A stretch of DNA of 41,546 nt from Octopus bimaculoides (GCF_001194135.2 NC_068999.1:19809956-19851501), one strand, 5' to 3'; counted from the stretch's first letter, positions 11,629 through 23,154 are shown. Numbers and translations are program-made. The notes: a model not told the origin generated them from the letters alone.

Positions 11629-11798
11629 ATGTTTTCGTTTCTCATTGTGTTTAACGTTTTGTTTTTTTATGTCTTGTACCCATATATGCATGTATATGTA
11701 CATATATATGTAGGTATGTACATATATGTATATATGCATATATTTATATATCATTTATATCATTATATGATCAAACGCCACGCATCCTTTTCCAAGTA
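11629..11798 (+). repeat. Direct repeat copy 1 (~170 bp)
   Basis: atgttttcgttt..cattgtgtttaacgtttt..catatatgcatgtatatg..tatgatcaaacgccacgcatccttttccaagta recurs at 12162-12330. Confidence 0.92.
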
Positions 11799-12161
11799 CG
11801 TTTTATATTAATAATTACGATGCGCACTCTTCTTATATCTCTACTATCTCTTCTCTGTCTATCTCTCCCTTTCTTGTTCTTCATCCTTTCTGTTTTTCTC
11901 TCCCAACCTTTCCCTATTCTTCTCTTCTCCCCTTCACCGTTCCGTCTCTCTCCCACTCTTCCTCATTGACTCTCTCCTCGCTGTCTCTTTCATTTCTAAA
12001 GGAAAGACGTGCTTTTGCATGGCTCCTCTCACGGCTCGTCTTCCTAGCATTCATAATAATGTTTCTATCGTCTTGGCTCAACAATCCTCATCGTTTGTTT
12101 TATCTGCCTTGTTCTCACTGTCCTGTTCTTGTTACCGCTTTCACCCTCCGCTCCGTTTTCA

Positions 12162-12330
12162 ATGTTTTCGTTTGTCATTGTTTAACGTTTTTTTTTCTTG
12201 ATGTCCTGTACTCATATATGCATGTATATGTATATATATATGTAGGCATGTATATATATGTATATATGCATATATTTATATATCATGTTTATTATTATAT
12301 GATCAAACGCCACGCATTCTTTTCCAAGTA
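12162..12330 (+). repeat. Direct repeat copy 2 (~170 bp)
   Basis: Near-identical to 11629-11798 with scattered substitutions and small indels. Confidence 0.92.
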
Positions 12331-12417
12331 TATATAAATATTTATATATATATGAGCATGGTTCTTTGAAGTAGAATTCAAATGTAAGTCAGTTGTAAAC
12401 ATTTACTACACAAAAAT

Positions 12418-12904
12418 GCAGGATTGGCCGTGTGGTAAGTAGCTTGCTACCAACGACATGGTTTTAGGTTCAGTCCCACTGCGTGGTAACTTCGGCAAGT
12501 GTCTTCTACTATAGCATCGGACCGACCAAAGCATGGTGAGTGGATTTGGTACAGAGAAGCTGAAAGAAGCCCGTCCTATATATAAACACACACAAACATG
12601 CACACACACACAAACACAAACACACACACAAACACACACACACACACACACACANNNNNNNNNNNNNNNNNNNNNNNNNNNNNNNNNNNNNNNNNNNNNN
12701 NNNNNNNNNNNNNNNNNNNNNNNNNNNNNNNNNNNNNNNNNNNNNNNNNNNNNNNNNNNNNNNNNNNNNNNNNNNNNNNNNNNNNNNNNNNNNNNNNNNN
12801 NNNNNNNNNNNNNNNNNNNNNNNNNNNNNNNNNNNNNNNNNNNNNNNNNNNNNNNNNNNNNNNNNNNNNNNNNNNNNNNNNNNNNNNNNNNNNNNNNNNN
12901 NNNN

Positions 12905-12938
<34 letters not shown>

Positions 12939-13022
12939 TGTGTGACTGTGTTTGTCCCCTGCCAAAGTTTGACAACAGATGTTGGTGTGTTTACGTCCCC
13001 GTAACTTACCAGTTCGGCAAAT
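12418..13022 (+). mobile_element. Octopus-type tRNA-derived SINE with gapped internal microsatellite
   Basis: Head GCAGGATTGGCCGTGTGGTAAGTAGC..GGTTCAGTCCCACTGCGTGG..GAAAGAAGCCCGTC; CA/TA repeats around the gap 12655-12904; tail GTGTTTGTCCCC..GTGTTTACGTCCCCGTAACTT..GTTCGGCAAA. Confidence 0.85.
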
Positions 13023-14380
13023 ATGTAAATATGTTCTTATGTCTGTATGTATGTATTTATATACGTATGTATTTAATCTATGTAACGACGCATTTATGCA
13101 TGTATAGTCAGCACTTACTTCTAATGCATCCAGCATGTACAATATCTCTTTCGTTCGTTCTCTCTCGTCACATTCGATTCCCTTGTTGTACCATGCTCAT
13201 TAATATTTGTGTTAGATTAACAGAATCCATTCGGATTAGTTTCAAGTGGTATAGTTGCAGTAATTTGAAATTGAATTGTATTATTAATAGTGTTATTTGA
13301 ATGGTAATATTAAAAAAAATAATAATACTAATACTAAATTCAATCTAGTAATCTTCGTATATAATACTAGCTGTAATTTTTAGATTCAACAATATACGAA
13401 ATGTATTCATCATGAATGATATTCACTATTTCCAGCATATTTATCCGGTGCTATTACTAAATATTATACTATAACCATGAATATTACTTGAATGTTATAA
13501 TCTTCCTCTTTCAAGTGAAAATAATTTAAAATTATCTAACTTTTTGCCTCGCTAATACTCATTAATTCCTAAGGAAAAGCAGGCACTGAATTATTCAGAA
13601 CCTAGAGGAACAAAGTTTAAACCAGAACCATATAGAAATGGGAAATTCTGAGTTTAAGCAAGGTTGTTTAAAATTACACCAGATTCTGGTCGGTAAAATA
13701 TTTAAAATGTCTTCAATGAACAGCCCAATTGGATGGTTATGTGAGACTATATATGTGAAATGTGTAGTTTTATTTATCGTTTGTTGCGTAAACGATGATA
13801 AAAGAAATTATATCATTGTATTACAAAGAGTCGTCCAAAATGGCAGTGTCTCTCATTTCGTCTGGATGTTGTTATAAAGCCGATAAATAATATAGAGTGT
13901 CTGTCACAGAATTATTATGACATATGAGGTATTTAGCTCAATGTTATATTACGGGCGAAATAAACACTAAAAGTTTAAATTATACTGAACTATATTCTAT
14001 CTGGTGGACACTTGTGCAGTATCCCTCTCTTTCTTGAATCGCCATTAGTCTATCTCTGTCCTTTTTCTATTCATCACTCGTTAATAAATCCACTCAAACG
14101 CTCACACAGATACATAAGATGATGTGTGTGTAAATGTGTGAGTGTGCGCACGCACGCACACACGCATGTCTGTGTGTATGCATGTATAAAGAAAATGAGA
14201 AGCGTGAGACAATGCCTGAGTAAAAGACTAAAAGTTGTTTTAATCGGAGAAATCTGTTTTGCAGTTTGAAACGTCCAATGCTTCTCCGTCTTTCGAAGCA
14301 ATTACAAGCTTAACACTTGTCAGAAATGCAGAGAATATGTGTGTGCTTGTGGGTGTGAGTGTGCGTCTAAGTTAGCGCGG

Positions 14381-14502
14381 GGTGGACACTTGTGCATATA
14401 TTTACACATTGTGCTCCTAGAAGCTCAGTTTCACCGAAGTATGTCATCTAACGAAGCGGATATCGCCCGCCAATCAGGCCCTCTCCCACGACAGATTTGC
14501 AT
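14381..14502. promoter_or_regulatory. CpG-rich cluster of promoter/enhancer-like motifs (GC-box-like, CCAAT, octamer)
   Basis: CGCCCGCC (14464-14471), CCAATCAG (14470-14477), ATTTGCAT (14495-14502), plus a 16-mer repeated from 14003. Motif evidence only; no linked transcript identified. Confidence 0.3.
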
Positions 14503-15039
14503 GTTTTTGCCTGTTGTTACAATCTTGGTCTAAGTGTTAAAATTAAAGTAAATCTTGGAAGTGTCACTTTTAAACGTGACAGATTTTTGTGATCGTACAG
14601 GCACAAGTTGGATGATGGTGAATTCTATTGTGCTAACTTGAGAATATTTGTTATATATATATATATATGTTTATTTTGGAAGCAGCATTACATGACAAGT
14701 TGCCTTAATTTACATCTTTTAAATGACTGGGGGTTACGGTTCCTGTTTCCTGTTCTGGAGTTAAACAACTCGTCATTGTTTTCATATGCCTTTGATTTAG
14801 TTAATAATTTTAGATTCTTGTTGAGACCTCGAAATCCTTACCATGCATGAGTTGTCTTTTCTTCAGTCACTTCAGTACAGGTTATGTAATAGCTCTTTCC
14901 ACGAACATTTGATATTTTATATCTTAACATGTTTTTAACCACATCTTTTGCTTTCCCTATATTATCAGATTGCTAGAATTGTTTTTACAATTTTACATCT
15001 CAGTAATTTTTAATGCGTAGAAGCTTTTATCGATATAAG

Positions 15040-15280
15040 AAGAAAGTTATACACAGTTGAAGAAGCTAGTCAAACCAAGACAAACTTCACGGTAATGCAC
15101 GACCGAAATTCAATCCAAAATAGCCAAAACAAAATTACAAGGTCATGCATGAGAAAACAGTTTAATGAAATTTAGTATGATATATCCAGTAGGCAAGTGA
15201 ACAAAAGGACTCGGGAAAACTGACAGAATAGACTCTAGGAAAGAGAAACGAAAAGGAAGAAATTGGTGGGATGAAGTGCA
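15040..15280 (+). mobile_element. Highly decayed RTE-type LINE 3' fragment (tentative)
   Basis: Frames give HDRNSIQNSQNKITRSCMRKQFNEI*YDISSRQVNKRTREN and RKEKRKGRNWWDEV, resembling the RTE C-terminus (..WAGHIARR.DNRWT..GKR.RGRP.KRW.DE). Confidence 0.33.
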
Positions 15281-16095
15281 TGTTATTTTTCCTTTTTGTT
15301 AACCAATATAATGTACAAGTTTCTATATAAATATGAATATCCTTAAATCCTGACACAAATTTGGCCACATTGGATACACAAGCACAATACATTCTCAACA
15401 CTTCCAGATTTGTTTACAAACAGAGGACATTCACATGCCTATTAAATCTAAACTTTTGACATGATATTTCACAGATATCCAGAATTTTGCTAGTTGCAAA
15501 AATCAAATGAAAAGAATGAGCTACATAGAGAACACTTGATATAATTTATATAAGTAAGCATGTTAAATTTTAGAGAATTATATAACCGCTTAAAACGTTT
15601 CATCACTTATTACAAGATTAACGGTACTCTCTCATCAGTTCATTCCATTTATGTATGCTTGTACCTGATGTCATCCAGATTGCACTGATCGATGCAAAGT
15701 AGTTGGACGATGCAACGCAACTGGACGCACAACAACTCCCAGGAGGAATCGAAAAGATCGTCGTACTGAATAAAACCTGATGCGAAATAAATTGTCACTT
15801 CATTAATAAATTAATGGGTTTTATATATATATATATAATAACAGCAGAAAGAGGAATTTCGATTATCCTCACGAAGTAAGTTGTACTATCTATAAGAAAC
15901 TTAAAAAAAGGAAAAATACACACACTTTACATATTTTTAATATAATTTTTAATATATCGACCGGTTTCGCTTTCGCTATTCATGATATTATGGTTTACTT
16001 ATTTGAATATGTAATTTCTTAAGAAATAATTGTTGTCCATGTTGTACGTGATGATATTTACGAGTGAATGGCTTCACAAGTAGGAGAATAAGGGG

Positions 16096-16171
16096 CGCTA
16101 GCTGGAGGCGATGGCCTCTTAGGGCTAATGAACGGCAGTCTATTTTCCTGGACTGCCATGTGAGCTAGGCG
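16096..16171. other. GC-rich segment able to fold as a three-way junction; function unknown
   Basis: CGCTAGCT/AGCTAG(G)CG closing stem, GGAGGC-GATG-GCCTCT hairpin and GGCAGTCTA-TTTTCC-TGGACTGCC hairpin, paired by eye. Confidence 0.3.
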
Positions 16172-16249
16172 ATAACTATTAATATCCTTCACTTTCAGAC
16201 CTTAATGCATTGTTTTGCTTTTGGTAAGAATTAACAAATATACGTGATT

Positions 16250-16292
<43 letters not shown>

Positions 16293-16394
16293 TGTTTCTG
16301 CGTAACCGTCTATCTGTTTGTCCTTGTACATATATATTGANNNNNNNNNNAACCGTCTATCTGTTTGTCCTTGTACATATATATTGAGAGAGAA

Positions 16395-16425
<31 letters not shown>

Positions 16426-16437
16426 AAGAGATAGAGG

Positions 16438-16477
<40 letters not shown>

Positions 16478-16515
16478 TAGAGAGAGCGAGAAAGAGAGAG
16501 AAAGAGCGAGAGAGC
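16250..16515. repeat. (TG)n followed by an interrupted (GA)n polypurine tract, with a gap-flank duplication between them
   Basis: Read directly; 16303-16340 is repeated at 16351-16388 across a 10-N gap. Confidence 0.9.
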
Positions 16516-17630
16516 GACGTACATTCACACCAACATATATCGGTACATCCACCTTTCCATCCAACCAACCATGCATACATATTTCTTCCTCACTGTCTCT
16601 GGGGAGCTTCCTTGACCTCCGGCCTACCTACACTCTCAAGTAACTTTACCTCAGAGATCCTTCGGTTGCTCCCTCCACAATTTCGGCCGCCTTGTTCGCT
16701 CAATTGCCACATGCAGCGATTCTGGGAGCGATTTTACAATCGCTACGCTTAGGGTTGGTAACCTGATATTTAAAGACTGCATGGTACTACGTTTTTGTCT
16801 TTTGTGTCAGAACGAGGTCTACAGCCTGCACGGAATGGTTAGTAATCAGTACGCGCATAAATCATCTTTGTTGTTTGGTTGTATCTAGCACAGACCTAGA
16901 TGTCTCATATTTCTACATACATTACTCTTTTATAATTCTTCCAACCTTATCGAAAATCGCTATCAATGCATTTGTGGTGTGATTTAGTTGTGAGTTTCAC
17001 AATGTATTTTTATTAGAATATTCCCATGCGTCTTCCCTTACGTTAATTTATGAATTTCTGTCTGAAAAAAGGTCATAAGCGCAAACTCTTCTCGTGTTAG
17101 TGAGAAATTCATATCCTATTAATAACAAATGAATTTATGGTTTACCTGAATGATATACTTTATAAAACATTGGGAATTTATCTTGAATATGTATTATTTT
17201 TTACTATTGCACATATATTGTCAATATGTATGTAGTTTCAGATTTATGGTAATCAAATACGTATGTATTCTTAATATTTAGATTTTATGTTCACTTATGG
17301 AAATATAAATTATACATTATTCATTTAAATATATTTTATGGCTGGAAAATACAGTCTGAATATTTATACAAATTAACTAATACTCTAATGTGACTGGGGG
17401 GAAATAAAACGTACACGAAACATAAACCTATTTCATTAATAATGTAGTTGACAATTCCCGTCATTTATTTAAGGTCGTATGAACTACAAGCATAAAGAAA
17501 TCAGAATACACCGTAGGTGAAACGTTGTAGATGAAATGTTAATTTTGATAATCTGTAGATATTTACCGTATGTGTGCATGTGGCGGGCTGAGCATGCTTG
17601 TATATTTACATATATCTTCGCGAGCAAAAT

Positions 17631-18355
17631 TTACAGAGCGGGCAGTCCACGTCTGCTGCAGACATGCTCAGGTCTCACGTGTCTGATTGGGAAAAAACAA
17701 GTACGACAGCTGAGGCCAAATGGGAAGATGAGATGATCAGGTTTAGTTGTAGTGTCGGTTTTCCTCTGACGTCTCCCTTGTTTGCATGGATGCTCCAGCG
17801 TGTACCTTTAAAGGAGACTGTTGCTCGGTAAACAATCAAAAGCCAGATTTTGCAGCCGGTACAGAGCAGTGGTGATATTTATTGTGAAAGCAACTACGAG
17901 ATTGCTTCAAGGATTCCTTGTACCACTTCTTTGATGCTCCATTGTCACGTTAACTAGATGAGAGTTCGCCGTATGGTATAATTTCGGAACTGGATGGGTC
18001 TCCATCCAGGTGACGTGTCCTTCCCTGCAGTGTTGCTGTCTATAGAAGAATTGCTTCAACTCTGAGAAATTTCGACAGTCCTGGACCTCGGTATTAGAGA
18101 CAAAGTCATTCCAGTTAATATTGAGGTGATGCTTGTAGATGTTGCAGTACTCTGCGTAAGGCAAGAGAGTGATCCCAACAGAATACACAGACCACGGCCT
18201 TTTTCTTGAAATCGTTATTATTCCAGGCGTGTTCATACAATGTACCGAATGCGTATCAGGACAATTACCCACACCACCATAGGACAATTCCACCAGACGT
18301 CAATTGACCCCTCATGAGGGAATGCATTTCTAATGCAAAGCCAGAAAACCAGGAT
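17631..18355 (-). mobile_element. Decayed RTE-clade (BovB-like) LINE, 3' part of the ORF
   Basis: Frameshifted mosaic: AFGTLYEHAWNNNDFKK, HLNINWNDFVSNTEVQD, REGHVTWMETHPVPK, IPYGELSSS*RDNGASKKWYKESLKQS, and a terminal cysteine motif FPFGLSCRTCFFPIRHVRPEHVCSRRG. These follow the order of RTE/BovB motifs (AFGRL, LNIxWxDFVxN, RWAGHVxRM, LYGEL, KRYKDxLK, C-terminal Cys/His finger). Confidence 0.85.
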
Positions 18356-19205
18356 CTGGAATTATCCGGCAATTTTTTGCTAGTTTATTTTGTTTTCTTC
18401 GTGTTCGCTCCTGTGTACTGTATGAACATTTTATTGTGGTTTGAGCCAACATTTGGCTGCTATTTCCAGCGTGTTGTTATCTCATACATAACCTAAATTA
18501 TAATTTAAAATAATTGTTACCTTTGATGGTTTTTATTCCCATGCTGGTCACTTGATAAAATCGATGATTAAATATCGATCTTATCCNNNNNNNNNNNNNN
18601 NNNNNNNNNNNNNNNNNNNNNNNNNNNNNNNNNNNNNNNNNNNNNNNNNNNNNNNNNNNNNNNNNNNNNNNNNNNNNNNNNNNNNNNNNNNNNNNNNNNN
18701 NNNNNNNNNNNNNNNNNNNNNNNNNNNNNNNNNNNNNNNNNNNNNNNNNNNNNNNNNNNNNNNNNNNNNNNNNNNNNNNNNNNNNNNNNNNNNNNNNNNN
18801 NNNNNNNNNNNNNNNNNNNNNNNNNNNNNNNNNNNNNNNNNNNNNNNNNNNNNNNNNNNNNNNNNNNNNNNNNNNNNNNNNNNNNNNNNNNNNNNNNNNN
18901 NNNNNNNNNNNNNNNNNNNNNNNNNNNNNNNNNNNNNNNNNNNNNNNNNNNNNNNNNNNNNNNNNNNNNNNNNNNNNNNNNNNNNNNNNNNNNNNNNNNN
19001 NNNNNNNNNNNNNNNNNNNNNNNNNNNNNNNNNNNNNNNNNNNNNNNNNNNNNNNNNNNNNNNNNNNNNNNNNNNNNNNNNNNNNNNNNNNNNNNNNNNN
19101 NNNNNNNNNNNNNNNNNNNNNNNNNNNNNNNNNNNNNNNNNNNNNNNNNNNNNNNNNNNNNNNNNNNNNNNNNNNNNNNNAATATAAACATATATTATTA
19201 CCTAT

Positions 19206-19271
19206 ATACATATTTAACGTACTTGTATGCATGAATGTATACATATTTAACGTACGTGTATGCATGAAAGT
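19206..19271 (+). repeat. 33-bp tandem duplication (2 copies, 2 mismatches) beside a 594-N gap
   Basis: atacatatttaacgtacttgtatgcatgaatgt followed by atacatatttaacgtacgtgtatgcatgaaagt. Confidence 0.85.
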
Positions 19272-20184
19272 ATACGCATATGTACTTACGTGCCTATACG
19301 CATATGTATGCGACAGCGATTAAAAGTGTACCATCTATAAGTATGTGTATAAAGATGTAGCTTTGTGTTTACTTGGGAATATATATGCAAATATATGCTT
19401 AATTATACACGTTACTCGTGGTGGAATCATATTTTCTGAATCTTCGGCAATATTGAAAAAAATAGATTTAATAATACAGATTAATTTTAATTCTTTATTC
19501 TGCTTCGTATTCCAATAGATTTTTTTTTTTCTTTTCAATCTCATTGGCAGAAATAGAAAATAGAGAATTTAAACCAAATCACAAATATAATTATCCCACA
19601 GACATAGTTTTTTTCATATTCTCATAGTCTTTACATTATAAAATAAAATTATTTTATTGATATTCCTATTCACATCGTCGTTTCCTCAGTCATCATTCTA
19701 TAAATATATATCTCAATCCAAGAATCGAATGAATATCGGTTAGGCAATAACAATTCTAACTTCTATTTTTTAAAGGGTGTTAAGAAATTCTGATGATTAA
19801 ATGTTTGCTATGTTTGTTTTTCAGGTGTTTTGGGTTGTTTTTTTTTTTTATAGTTTCCGAATAATTTCTGCACATTTCTTTGATATTTCATCCTATTCCT
19901 TCAATATCACAATTTCAATATACCAGCGTATACCCTCCACCGTGACATGTAGAAAAATTATTCGCACCCAAACTCCATTGTCAGCGCGTACCTAGTGACA
20001 TAAATTGTTTAGAGGCCATTTCGATGGATTATGACTGCAATTCAAAGGTCATTAATTAACAAACTAGATTTATGTTAAATCTTAAAAAATGTTCCGGGGA
20101 CAACTCTCAATCATATAGCATGCTTATACTATGCTTCGGTAATCTAGATTATCGACTGAGTACACATATATCGAAATAAAAACG

Positions 20185-20220
<36 letters not shown>

Positions 20221-21805
20221 NNNNNNNNNNNNNNNNNNNNNNNNNNNNNNNNNNNNNNNNNNNNNNNNNNNNNNNNNNNNNNNNNNNNNNNNNNNNNNNN
20301 NNNNNNNNNNNNNNNNNNNNNNNNNNNNNNNNNNNNNNNNNNNNNNNNNNNNNNNNNNNNNNNNNNNNNNNNNNNNNNNNNNNNNNNNNNNNNNNNNNNN
20401 NNNNNNNNNNNNNNNNNNNNNNNNNNNNNNNNNNNNNNNNNNNNNNNNNNNNNNNNNNNNNNNNNNNNNNNNNNNNNNNNNNNNNNNNNNNNNNNNNNNN
20501 NNNNNNNNNNNNNNNNNNNNNNNNNNNNNNNNNNNNNNNNNNNNNNNNNNNNNNNNNNNNNNNNNNNNNNNNNNNNNNNNNNNNNNNNNNNNNNNNNNNN
20601 NNNNNNNNNNNNNNNNNNNNNNNNNNNNNNNNNNNNNNNNNNNNNNNNNNNNNNNNNNNNNNNNNNNNNNNNNNNNNNNNNNNNNNNNNNNNNNNNNNNN
20701 NNNNNNNNNNNNNNNNNNNNNNNNNNNNNNNNNNNNNNNNNNNNNNNNNNNNNNNNNNNNNNNNNNNNNNNNNNNNNNNNNNNNNNNNNNNNNNNNNNNN
20801 NNNNNNNNNNNNNNNNNNNNNNNNNNNNNNNNNNNNNNNNNNNNNNNNNNNNNNNNNNNNNNNNNNNNNNNNNNNNNNNNNNNNNNNNNNNNGAGAGAGA
20901 GAGAAAGAGAGAGACTTTTAAGATGTTAACAACATACAAGGTCTATTACTTTGACGGAAGAAATCTGTGACTTTTCAAACCTACGTCATTAACAGTAAAC
21001 AAAGAAATAAAACAAATGGAGACAGGAAAAAAAAAACGAGAGGCTGCTGACTCTGAGAACTTCGGCGATTACCTGGCCAGTTTGACCAATGTACGTTGAA
21101 TGAGTGAATGCAGAAAATGCAGTAACTTCAATTGCTGGAGGTGCGGGTGAGTGAATTGCTAATGTGATATTGGCGGTGGTGGTTGCCGTAGAAAATGATA
21201 GTGTTGGATATGCGAGGCAATGTCTGGAAACAAGGAGAGGGAGTGAGGAGGCGACAATGATAGAGATTGAAAAATTGTCGGATGGAAAATAAACATCTAT
21301 TTTAGGCAAGAATTCCGACTTGAAACAAAGGTATACGCGAAACCAAATGTATTTTTACTGTGATAAGAAAGAAGAGAGCAACTCACTGGCCCCAATCTAT
21401 TTGAAGATGTAAGATATAGAGTGAAATCAATCTGATCATGCTCTTTCTTTTTTCAAGCCTTTAGCACATGTCTATACTATTGCGGGAAGTATTGTATGGA
21501 CCTTAGGATGAAGATTTAGGAGAGCTTCATGCGTACGATCAACGGTTATGTGGACAATTGAGTGTGGAGATAGAAATATATTAACGTGTGAGAATGATAT
21601 GCCTCTAAATATTTTCCAAACATAGCCAGTCTGGTACATCCTACATCCGAACGTTTTCTCTGCAAACGTACTGCGATCTTCCTCTATCTATCTCTATTTA
21701 TCCGTCTCTATACATCTAGCGTACTCTCTGTTTTGCTCTCTTTCTACACGAACGCGTGAGTGGACTCACATACTCACACGCAACACATGGACACAGACAG
21801 ACACT

Positions 21806-21854
<49 letters not shown>

Positions 21855-23122
21855 NNNNNNNNNNNNNNNNNNNNNNNNNNNNNNNNNNNNNNNNNNNNNN
21901 NNNNNNNNNNNNNNNNNNNNNNNNNNNNNNNNNNNNNNNNNNNNNNNNNNNNNNNNNNNNNNNNNNNNNNNNNNNNNNNNNNNNNNNNNNNNNNNNNNNN
22001 NNNNNNNNNNNNNNNNNNNNNNNNNNNNNNNNNNNNNNNNNNNNNNNNNNNNNNNNNNNNNNNNNNNNNNNNNNNNNNNNNNNNNNNNNNNNNNNNNNNN
22101 NNNNNNNNNNNNNNNNNNNNNNNNNNNNNNNNNNNNNNNNNNNNNNNNNNNNNNNNNNNNNNNNNNNNNNNNNNNNNNNNNNNNNNNNNNNNNNNNNNNN
22201 NNNNNNNNNNNNNNNNNNNNNNNNNNNNNNNNNNNNNNNNNNNNNNNNNNNNNNNNNNNNNNNNNNNNNNNNNNNNNNNNNNNNNNNNNNNNNNNNNNNN
22301 NNNNNNNNNNNNNNNNNNNNNNNNNNNNNNNNNNNNNNNNNNNNNNNNTATATATATACAAGCGTGTGTGTGTGTATGCGTGTGTGTGAAAATGCGTGTT
22401 TTTATCCCGTGTTTGAATATATATGTTTACTATACAATTATGTAATAACATGCAAGATACTGTGTACAAATGCACAGGCATGTTCACAACTTTATACACA
22501 AACAAAAATACATATGTTAGACTGAATGTGTGGCGTGAGTATATATTTCCATTCTTGAGTGTGCGTAAACGTGGCATGCTTTTGACTAGTGTTTATCAAA
22601 GGAAGATATTTCCTGTGGGGAAATCGCAGTAATCAAAAGAAATAGAATATAATTAAACGTCAACATAGGACGATAAATTATGTAATTATGTATGTTAGCA
22701 TGCATCGATAGATAGATAGAGAGAGGGGGGGAGAAATAGGTAGATAGATAGATGTTATGTTCGCTGGCTGCTGTGTAGTCAAAGTGACAAAATAAGAGTG
22801 TTCTTGAAAATTCTTATTGGAGGGTAAAAAGTGTAGAGGAAACACAGAGAGACAAACACACACATATACACACACACACACACACTTAAACAAACAAACA
22901 CACCCACACACACACTTACACTCACACAGAAACACGCATGCACACACGCACATACACACATACACACACAAGTACATATATGTATATATACATACATGCA
23001 CACAGGCAAACAGGCACACGCACAAACAAATATATATATGCAAATATTTAGGCATTTACTAATATACGAATACGTGTGTGTTTGAACGTGTGAGTATATA
23101 CTTTTTAATATACATATTAACT

Positions 23123-23154
<32 letters not shown>

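Noticed and set aside
12418-12500. tRNA genes suggested by A-box and B-box motifs
   Set aside because: The motifs belong to SINE heads; no complete cloverleaf with anticodon arm and acceptor stem.
13638-13877. 79-aa plus-strand ORF
   Set aside because: No recognisable motifs or convincing splice sites; length within chance expectation.
16120-16165. Canonical hammerhead ribozyme or canonical SECIS
   Set aside because: Core reads CUAAUGA with no GAAA, and the apical loop lacks the AA motif; kept only as an unclassified fold.
16303-16388. 38-bp direct repeat on either side of a 10-N gap
   Set aside because: Same contig-overlap artefact.
17907-18293. 128-aa ORF as a host gene exon
   Set aside because: Explained by frameshifted RTE LINE motifs that continue in neighbouring frames.
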